Part shown: positions 56,941 through 64,000 of the stretch, one piece after another
How the letters are laid out: every line of letters begins with the position of its first letter
Numbering within the stretch: position 1 is the stretch's first letter
Assembly: GCA_040219255.1 (NCBI GenBank)
Contig: JAVJSW010000077.1
Span: 64,001 to 128,000 of the forward strand
Direction: 5' to 3'
Origin: Sumerlaeia bacterium
Lineage (GTDB): Bacteria > Sumerlaeota > Sumerlaeia > SLMS01 > JAHLLQ01
Length of the DNA: 64,000 nt
Made by a program: the position numbers and the translations under genes
The notes under the pieces: model-generated
Database searches by the model: none
Told to the model about the DNA's origin: nothing
The model's input: the letters and a program-made list of their open reading frames with translations, nothing else

Positions 56941-57873
56941 ATGTCCCTCGAATTTTGCCTCGCTATCGGCTGCCCCCTGCAAAAGGGCATGCAAGACGCC
57001 CAAGACTTTATGCGTAAGGTCAAGCTGCGCAATGCTCTGGAAATGTGGGAGGAAGAGAAGGAGGAGCGCGAGCGCGTCACCGGCAAACCGCTCCACAAGC
57101 AGAAGATGGTCATGCCCTATCCGGTGAAGACCAGTTGGTGGTTACAACCGAGCCGCGAAGTGACCCTGAAGGGCCTGCGCAACGCCGTGAAACCCATCGC
57201 CCAGGCCGCCGCCAAGGCTTGCCCCGATTGCCCCATGAACATCGCTAGCGAAGAAGGCGGCACGATGGGGTGTTACAGCGCCATCCGCTATCCGATTTCC
57301 GAAGCGGCCGAGCAGTTCCTGATCGACCAGTTTCAGCCAAGCCAAGGCGCCAATTCCTACCTGCCGCATCACATCCTCTCGAACAACATCGATGGCCTCG
57401 GGTTCGACATGCGGCGCGGGCCGATGCCCGATCCGTCGGAAATCAAGGACCCCGCCCGCATGCCGCCCATGCCGTTGGTGCTGTCGCCCAAAGCCCCCCG
57501 CAAAGAAATCGGCGAAGGAACCTCCATCTCCACCTCCCAAATTTTGGACTTTATGATTGGCTGCCAGCCCATCGTCATGCCGATCAGTTGCCTCGGTTTC
57601 CTCAACGATTTCAAGGCTCTGGACCTCGACGACGGCGCCTATATCCACCTCAACGCCCTGGTCCTGATGTGGGAACGCATGCGCGGCGCCGAGGGCGTAC
57701 CCCAGGAAAAACTCACCGAAATGCGCGCGGCCATCGACGAAATCCTCCTCCCCGCCAACTTCCTCCTCGCCCCCCAAGCCGATGACGACCCCGGCATCCA
57801 CGGGTTCAAATCGTTCCTGTATTTCTGCTACGTGTCGCTGGGGTCGGGGGCGGTTTTGTTGGTGGATGGGTAA
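56941..57873 (+). CDS. Hypothetical Cys-containing protein
   Basis: 310-aa ORF with CPDCP..N...GC motif; host-like codon usage. Confidence 0.7.
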   Translation: MSLEFCLAIGCPLQKGMQDAQDFMRKVKLRNALEMWEEEKEERERVTGKPLHKQKMVMPYPVKTSWWLQPSREVTLKGLRNAVKPIAQAAAKACPDCPMNIASEEGGTMGCYSAIRYPISEAAEQFLIDQFQPSQGANSYLPHHILSNNIDGLGFDMRRGPMPDPSEIKDPARMPPMPLVLSPKAPRKEIGEGTSISTSQILDFMIGCQPIVMPISCLGFLNDFKALDLDDGAYIHLNALVLMWERMRGAEGVPQEKLTEMRAAIDEILLPANFLLAPQADDDPGIHGFKSFLYFCYVSLGSGAVLLVDG

Positions 57874-57894
57874 ATTTCGGAACGGACGCATCTG

Positions 57895-58524
57895 ATGCCA
57901 AGCAATCCAAGCCGAGCTGAGATCGAGTTATTTTGGAGATGGTTCATTGAAATGGCTAATCAGATGGAACAGGCATTGATTTCTTCCAACTCCGGCTTTC
58001 TTGAAAACGTGTTTGAGAATCGATTAAGAACAACCTTTGGACAGATCGGCTGGGAGGTCGGACCCGGCCTTGAGAAGGATTTCGCACTCTCCCTGACCTT
58101 CAACGGGCACGACGATCTCATTCCGTATGTAGACGCAATCATCTATCAGGCTCCCGATCTCCCAAATTGGGAATTTAACAGCGGCCGACCTCCGAAACGA
58201 TGGGATGGTCGATTTGAGATACGACAACAGACTGGGGATATTATTGTGATCGACAGCTCTCAATGGACCTACATTCTGACTTCCTTCAACCAGAATGAAT
58301 TCTTCGACGTCGCCTTATTTGGGCAACTGATTAATGTGGATGAAGAAACAAGAGAACGTGCTTGTCTGATCGCTGTGCAGGGTTACCTGGGGGAACGAGA
58401 AACATTGCAATGGATTGACCAAATCGTATTCCTGGAATTACCAAGTGCCGATGATGCAAAGAGAGCTACGCCACTAGAGTTTCTGCGCGAGCATATTTTT
58501 TCCTTGAAAGGCGTGAGAAGCTAA
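57895..58524 (+). CDS. Hypothetical protein, AT-richer than its neighbours
   Basis: FWRWF...WEVGPG...APDLPNW...RP...LGE; atypical codon usage. Confidence 0.7.
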   Translation: MPSNPSRAEIELFWRWFIEMANQMEQALISSNSGFLENVFENRLRTTFGQIGWEVGPGLEKDFALSLTFNGHDDLIPYVDAIIYQAPDLPNWEFNSGRPPKRWDGRFEIRQQTGDIIVIDSSQWTYILTSFNQNEFFDVALFGQLINVDEETRERACLIAVQGYLGERETLQWIDQIVFLELPSADDAKRATPLEFLREHIFSLKGVRS

Positions 58525-58629
58525 TTATCCCATCCCCCCTTGCCAATCTTCCGCCCATGACCCAAAGTCTTCTCCAGTAGCCCCGGGTTTACCTCAGCGA
58601 AACCCGCCCGGGCGCCGGAAGGGCACGCC

Positions 58630-59706
58630 ATGGCCGCACCAGCCTATGACGACGACGAGGAGTTCCGCGAGCCGGGCGATGAATTGCCCGCGCGCCGGGG
58701 CGAGGGCCCGGACGCCGTGCCCGCCACCGTGCGCGATGGCACCCGGTGGGACGATGCGTTGCGCCGCGCGGCCGACCGCGACGAGGCTGCCACCGGCGCT
58801 CCCCCGCCGCTGCGCCGCGGGCCGAGCCGGTCTGTGCAGTGGGCCCTCTGGGGGCGGCTCCTGGTGCCGCTGGCTGCCTTTGCGATTTACGGCGTAGTGA
58901 AATTCACGGACCTGGGCGAGCGCCTGCCCACTCTGACGGAAATCGAGCAGGTCGGCAGTCTGACCGGTGTGCGCGCGGAAGCTCCGGCGGAGGCGCCGCT
59001 CGACGACACGGCGATCAAATTCGTGGGCCAGTTGGAGGGCGCCTTTCAGGCCCGGCGCTGGGACCTGATCGACCGCCTGACGGCCGAGCCCCCGCCCGGC
59101 GTGGACCCGGATCACCCGGTGGTGGGGGCCTTCGGGCTGATCGCGGCGATCGAGCAGAACCGTCTGTCGCTCGATCAATTGGCGGAATTGGAGGCGCTGG
59201 AAGCGGCCTTTGAGGGCGATAAGGACCGGCGGGCACTGCTCGATTATCTGCGGCTGATGCGCGCCGAGGTGCTGCTGCACCATTCGTCGAGCCCCGGAAC
59301 GCTGGCGCGGCGCAGCGGCGATTTCCGCCAAATCCTGGCCAGCCAGCGCGCCGTGACGGACCGGTCGCTGGAATTGAGGACGGAGCTGGCCTCGGCCTAC
59401 GAACGCGCTGGTGACGAATTGGCCGAAGCGGCGGGCCGGTGGCGCATCGACAAGACGGTGCTGAGCGACGCCCGCTCTCATTATCAGCACGCGCTGCGCT
59501 GGCTGACGACGCCGGACGGATGGCTGCGGCTCGATCCCGTCAGCCCCGGGTTGGCCAGCTCGCTGCTCAACCGCATCAAGCTCAAGCTGCGGGAAGCCAA
59601 CAAGAACTATCACGGATTGTCGCTCCCCTACAGCGGCAAGGACAGCGAAACCTGGACAGGCCTGGTGGGCGAACCGATCAACGACGCCCCCGGCGGGCGG
59701 TGGTGA
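58630..59706 (+). CDS. Hypothetical single-TM helical protein
   Basis: Acidic N-terminus, one TM, helical extracytoplasmic part; GGAAGGG RBS. Confidence 0.65.
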   Translation: MAAPAYDDDEEFREPGDELPARRGEGPDAVPATVRDGTRWDDALRRAADRDEAATGAPPPLRRGPSRSVQWALWGRLLVPLAAFAIYGVVKFTDLGERLPTLTEIEQVGSLTGVRAEAPAEAPLDDTAIKFVGQLEGAFQARRWDLIDRLTAEPPPGVDPDHPVVGAFGLIAAIEQNRLSLDQLAELEALEAAFEGDKDRRALLDYLRLMRAEVLLHHSSSPGTLARRSGDFRQILASQRAVTDRSLELRTELASAYERAGDELAEAAGRWRIDKTVLSDARSHYQHALRWLTTPDGWLRLDPVSPGLASSLLNRIKLKLREANKNYHGLSLPYSGKDSETWTGLVGEPINDAPGGRW

Positions 59707-59708
59707 CG

Positions 59709-60836
59709 ATGGCGAGCACCGATCTGGCCCCCCGCCAGCAGACCCTTCCGGCCGAAGCCCCCGAGCCCGGCGGCGCCCTGGTGCCGATGGACTGGACGCC
59801 GACGGCCGAGGACGAACTGGAACCTTATCTTAAGGAACGCGACGGCGAGTTACGGCCGCTCGAAGCGCTGTACCGGCTGGCGCTCCTCGCCGGGGCCGGG
59901 CTGTTTCTCGGCGAGGCGATGGGCGCGCCGTGGCAACATGGCTGGCTGATCGTGTCGGCGGCGGCGGTTCCGGCGATTCTGGTGGTGGCGACGATGACGC
60001 TGCAATGGCGGGTGCTGGGCGACTGGCGCCGCATGACGCAGCGCTTGGTGCTTGTGGCGGCGATGGCGGCGCTGGTGGTGCCGTTCTGCGGCGTGATGGA
60101 CCCGAGCCTGGGCGCCACGGCACTGCCGAACGCGCTGGAGCAACCGCTGGCCCAGGCCCTGGCGGCGGCGCGGCGGGTGCCGCTGCTCGGCATCGGAGTG
60201 AGCACACTCACCGCGCTCGCCACGTCGGCGCTGTATCTGGTGGTTGTGGGGGCGCTGGTTTTCGGGCGCGGAGCCGGCCGGCGCGCGGCGTTTCTGCTGC
60301 TGGGCACGGCGGTGGCGGCGGCGAGCCTGTTCTTCTACCCCGCGCCCGAGACGGCGCTGGGGCTGGCGCTGCTGGCGATTTTCTTCCACGTGCAGTGGGA
60401 GCGCCCGCTCCTGGTGCCGGACCGGCTGCGGCCGCGCCTCTCGCCCCAGCAGATCGGTTTTCTGAAGGAGTTGGTGAAGGAAGGGGCGCTCTCGCCGGGC
60501 GAGGTAAAACTTTATCTGAACCACGACGCCGCCGCCTTCGCCGAGCTGGCCGAGTGCGGTCTGGTGGATTACGACCGGCTTTTGCGCGAGGTGCGGCCCG
60601 GGCAGCGGCTGGACAACGACCCGGCCACCGAAGTCTTCGACTCGACCCTGACGATCGTGCGGCGGGGGGTGTGGGTCGTTTTGGGCCTCGTTTACGTGGT
60701 CATGCCCGATTTGATCCCCGGGCCCATCGACGATGCGGTGGTGATGCTGATCGCCAGTGGTGCCAAATTGACATGGTTGGGGGATTTGCTGGGGCTTCGG
60801 CGCGAGCGGCGGGGAGGACGGGAGGCGGTCCGCTAA
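59709..60836 (+). CDS. Polytopic membrane protein with a soluble insert and a C-terminal DUF1232-like motif
   Basis: About six TM segments, a soluble ~80-aa domain, then YVVMPDLIPGPIDDAVV. Confidence 0.65.
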   Translation: MASTDLAPRQQTLPAEAPEPGGALVPMDWTPTAEDELEPYLKERDGELRPLEALYRLALLAGAGLFLGEAMGAPWQHGWLIVSAAAVPAILVVATMTLQWRVLGDWRRMTQRLVLVAAMAALVVPFCGVMDPSLGATALPNALEQPLAQALAAARRVPLLGIGVSTLTALATSALYLVVVGALVFGRGAGRRAAFLLLGTAVAAASLFFYPAPETALGLALLAIFFHVQWERPLLVPDRLRPRLSPQQIGFLKELVKEGALSPGEVKLYLNHDAAAFAELAECGLVDYDRLLREVRPGQRLDNDPATEVFDSTLTIVRRGVWVVLGLVYVVMPDLIPGPIDDAVVMLIASGAKLTWLGDLLGLRRERRGGREAVR

Positions 60837-60978
60837 CTAAAATTTTATCACACCGTGGCCCATTTGCGACACTTTCCGGTCAGAAAGAGCCACTTTCAGC
60901 GAAGGGCGCATCGCCGCCGCTGCCTATGACTCTTCCGCGGGAAATCCTGCAACAAGTTGCATACTCCGTCCCGGATCC

Positions 60979-61007
60979 TTGCCATTCCTCACTTTATCAA
61001 ATATCAA
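60979..61007 (+). promoter_or_regulatory. Putative sigma70 promoter
   Basis: TTGCCA-N17-TATCAA in an AT-rich intergenic region, preceded by the palindrome TGCAACAAGTTGCA (60948-60961). Confidence 0.4.
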
Positions 61008-61178
61008 AGGCTTTTTATCTCCGTTAAAAGACTGTCAGCGCTGGGTTTTAGAGCGATCTTCCCTTGCCAGCGGGAGCGCTTGGCATTCCTCTCGCTCTCG
61101 TCATCGACGACGGCGCCGCAATTTTATCCGTCATTTTATCGCCGCGGCACCGAACAGGGGAAAAGGAGGTACCATACA

Positions 61179-61676
61179 ATGCTCTGGATGAACCCGAACC
61201 AGTATGGTGAATCGACTGAAGAGACACTGACCGCGGAACGCGCGAACCTGACGCTTTCCGCTTTGGCTGGCGGCCACTACTTTGCCGCCGGCGGATTCCA
61301 CACGCTCGTCGCCCTCGATGGCCTCGGGCAACTCTGGCGCCGCGCCTTCGGTCCCGCCGAAACGCCCGCCAGCGACACCCAACACACCGAACCGGCCGCC
61401 CGGACGCCCAACACGGCAGGCGCGCTGGTCCGGCGCTGGATTCGCTACTGGCAAGCACGCCGCATCCTGGGGGCGGAGAAGAGCCTGCCCCTGCCGCTGG
61501 TGGACTCGCTGCTGGACGAAGTGGCCCGCTACCGCTGGATCGAAGCCCAGAAAGCCGGCTTCGACGTCTGGGCCGTGGGCTATCCCGAGGACCCGGAACG
61601 GGGCGCCATGGCCGAGTGGCTGCGCAAGCACTACGACGGCTGGTATCGTGCCCAGCATCGCGCCCTGACGGCGTAA
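61179..61676 (+). CDS. Hypothetical protein with a DUF4032-like C-terminus
   Basis: AGGAGGT RBS; EVARYRWIEAQKAGFDV...EWLRKHYDGW. Confidence 0.65.
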   Translation: MLWMNPNQYGESTEETLTAERANLTLSALAGGHYFAAGGFHTLVALDGLGQLWRRAFGPAETPASDTQHTEPAARTPNTAGALVRRWIRYWQARRILGAEKSLPLPLVDSLLDEVARYRWIEAQKAGFDVWAVGYPEDPERGAMAEWLRKHYDGWYRAQHRALTA

Positions 61677-61804
61677 TCCCAAACCGCGAACGCGGCCGCC
61701 GGCGCGCTCCGCCAATGGGCCGCCATCTCTCCCGGCAGTCTCAGGAACGAACTCCTGACCGCCCATAAAAATTCCCACACCTCGTCGCTCAACGAGTTGG
61801 GATC

Positions 61805-61843
61805 GCCCGGCCAGCCCAAGGGTTTCGGCCGGGCATTTTTTTT
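61805..61843 (+). terminator. Intrinsic terminator
   Basis: GCCCGGCC...GGCCGGGC stem followed by ATTTTTTTT. Confidence 0.75.
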
Positions 61844-62726
61844 ACTGGCCGCCCGCCGCTCCGCCACCGCCCTGCATCATCGCCCGCGCCTGCTGGCCCA
61901 TCTGCCGCACTTCCTGCACCTTGGGATGATTCTCTCCCAGGTGATGCACGCGGATGGCGTAGGCCCGCTGGCAATAGTTCAGCGCGTCCTGGTATTGCTG
62001 GGCCCGCCACGCCGCGCTCGCCTTCTCGAGGTAAACGTCCGCCTCCGCCAGGGTCCCCGGCGCCTCGCCCCCGCCGCCGCCGTCCGCCGGGGGCCGCCCG
62101 CCCCCCGGACCCGCCGCGCCGCCCGGATCGACCCGCACCACGTCGTCCGCCTCGCTGCGCCCCTCCAGCGCCGCCCGCCCGCCGGCGAAATCGCGCACTT
62201 TCCAGTACTTGCCTTCCTTGCGCAGCCGCACCTTGTAGTTCGCCGTGAACTGGCTGTCGCCGCCCCAGCTATCGGTCTGTTGCACGATCGCGACAGCGTT
62301 GTCCCCGTCCTGCTCCACGCGGACGATTTCCGCCTGCTTCTGGTTCGGCCCTTCCAGGATCATGGTCTTCAGGATCACCTGGCGCGCCAGTGCCGCCGCC
62401 TGCGTGGGATCGATGCCGCCGCTGATATTGAAGCGGTCGCCCTCCTGATAGATGCGATCGGCGTTCTCCTGAAACCAGTTCCAGTCGTCCTCCGTGACGC
62501 ATTTCTTCACGTTGGGAAAGTTCAACGCGCCGGTGCGGAATTCGTGCGCCGTATCCAGATAAACCCGCGTGGCGCTTTGCGGGTCGCCCTGCATTTGCAG
62601 GATCGGGTCGTCGGGCGGGGCGATGAAGAACTTCCACCCGAACCCGACGAAAATACCGACGGCGAATAGGATGAAGATGATATTGCCGACGAGACCGGCC
62701 CCTCCGCGCTTTTCTTTTTCCGCCAT
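61842..62726 (-). CDS. Membrane-anchored protein with an NTF2-like domain and C-terminal TPR
   Basis: N-terminal TM; VRLRKEGKYWKV; Gly/Pro linker; DALNYCQRAYAIRVHHLGENHP. Confidence 0.7.
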   Translation of the reverse strand: MAEKEKRGGAGLVGNIIFILFAVGIFVGFGWKFFIAPPDDPILQMQGDPQSATRVYLDTAHEFRTGALNFPNVKKCVTEDDWNWFQENADRIYQEGDRFNISGGIDPTQAAALARQVILKTMILEGPNQKQAEIVRVEQDGDNAVAIVQQTDSWGGDSQFTANYKVRLRKEGKYWKVRDFAGGRAALEGRSEADDVVRVDPGGAAGPGGGRPPADGGGGGEAPGTLAEADVYLEKASAAWRAQQYQDALNYCQRAYAIRVHHLGENHPKVQEVRQMGQQARAMMQGGGGAAGGQ

Positions 62727-63065
62727 GATTTGCTCCCGTGCATCGCGTCGAATTCTGGCGCTTTCGCGCGCCGCTCGATACTCTAACAATCTCGAGGTTT
62801 ACTTAGTTCAACACCGGAGCCAAAGGCGTGGCAAGGGAAGCCGCAGGGGTGTGAAGCGGGTTTCCGTTGCCTGCGGACCGGCACCGGGGCAGGCGATCGG
62901 GCCCGTTCTCCTATAAAGCGGTAGGACAAGATTCTCCGCATTTTCGAGAGAAGGGGTTGCATTGGGGGCGGGAAGTCGGCTACCGAAGCGCCCCGCAATT
63001 CCTCCGCGGCTTCGCGGCGGCCCCGCTGCTTGAAGCCCGAATTAGAAACGAGGCGAAAGTCCATT

Positions 63066-64000
63066 ATGAGCGTCCCTATTCCTCCCCACGGCGGAGTCAG
63101 TGAACTGACCACCTGTGCCGTTTCCAGCGCGGAAGCGCAGAGCTTAGCCACAGCGCACGCCAGCGCCCCGAAGATCGTCGTCACCGGCGCCGATCTGTCC
63201 ACCGTGCGCCGCTTCGGCGATGGCGCCCTGACCCCCCTGACGGGTCCGATGACCAAAGCGGTCTTCGATCGCGTTCTCGACGACATGGTCATCGAGAACA
63301 ATGGCAAGCTCTACGCCTGGTCCATTCCCCTCTCCCTGCCCGTGACCGAAGCGGAAAAGGCGACACTCAAGGTCGGCGCCCCGGCCCTCCTCGTCGACGA
63401 AAGCGGCAGCCCCGTCGGCGTCCTCCAGGTCGAAGATGTCTTCGATTGGAACAAGAAGCGTTACAACAGCAAGGTTTACGGCACCGAGCGCGACGATCAT
63501 CCGGGCGCCAAGATCGCCAACGACGATCCCCGCGGCACGCTGGTCGGCGGCACCATCAAGGTGTTCCCCGTGACCCGCAACGAGAACGACATCGTTCAGA
63601 AGTACAGCTTCTCGCCTGCCGAGACCCGCGCCAAGCTGGCCGGATGGCAGATCCAGGGCAAGCCGATCGAAGCCGCCGTCGCCTTCCAGACACGCAACCC
63701 GCTGCACCGCGCCCACGAATACGCGATGGTGTACGCCGTTGAGAAGCTCACCAGCGATGGCCTGCGCGCCGCCGCCGTTCTCAACCCTCTCGTCGGCGAA
63801 ACCAAGAGCGACGACGTCCCCGCCTCCATCCGCATGGAGACCTACGCGAACCTGAAGAACAAGAAGCTCATCGGCCAGGGCGACAGCGATCCGGAAGTCT
63901 GGCAGAAGGCCGGCTACTCGATCAGCGAAGCCTTCGACCTCTACGCCCTCGACATCAAGATGTTCTACGGTGGCCCCCGCGAAGCCGTCATGCATGGCAT
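63066..64000 (+). CDS. sat: Sulfate adenylyltransferase (3'-truncated at window edge; not in ORF track)
   Basis: Reads MSVPIPPHGG...PLTGPM...WSIPLSL...AFQTRNPLHRAHEY...NPLVGETKSDD...YGGPREAVMHG. Confidence 0.93.
   Translation, partial: MSVPIPPHGGVSELTTCAVSSAEAQSLATAHASAPKIVVTGADLSTVRRFGDGALTPLTGPMTKAVFDRVLDDMVIENNGKLYAWSIPLSLPVTEAEKATLKVGAPALLVDESGSPVGVLQVEDVFDWNKKRYNSKVYGTERDDHPGAKIANDDPRGTLVGGTIKVFPVTRNENDIVQKYSFSPAETRAKLAGWQIQGKPIEAAVAFQTRNPLHRAHEYAMVYAVEKLTSDGLRAAAVLNPLVGETKSDDVPASIRMETYANLKNKKLIGQGDSDPEVWQKAGYSISEAFDLYALDIKMFYGGPREAVMHG

Noticed and set aside
1-64000. tRNA, rRNA, tmRNA, transposase, integrase or prophage genes
   Set aside because: None recognised by eye; tRNAscan-SE and Infernal would be needed to exclude small RNAs formally.

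Overview
GC-rich bacterial chromosomal segment from a diderm organism, as shown by the lipid A/LPS genes skp-lpxC-fabZ-lpxI and waaF; it also carries the futalosine menaquinone gene mqnA. The taxon cannot be fixed from this window. Most of it is housekeeping and metabolic: EF-G paralog, gabT-gabD, recD2, two-domain ppk2, rho, coaE, upp, rplM-rpsI, trmD, nadC and a partial sat. These are interspersed with a secreted GH13 amylase and its XylR-type regulator, a type III PKS, a ParDE toxin-antitoxin pair, a DUF58-transglutaminase pair and many hypothetical proteins. I recognised no rRNA, tRNA, CRISPR array or transposase. Most notable observations: (1) four dispersed intergenic elements of about 155-310 bp with conserved (CACAGAG)n inverted-repeat arms around mutually unrelated, AT-richer interiors; (2) an AcrB-type RND permease fused to a complete ABC ATPase with no partner genes nearby; (3) a ROK kinase-GmhA isomerase fusion; (4) an R-to-W change in the normally invariant Rho DERPEE motif; (5) ParDE translationally coupled to ppk2; (6) two DUF1540-like paralogs with hairpin-occluded ribosome-binding sites; (7) two small membrane ORFs missing from the ORF track. 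All family assignments come from motif recognition by eye, not database searches.
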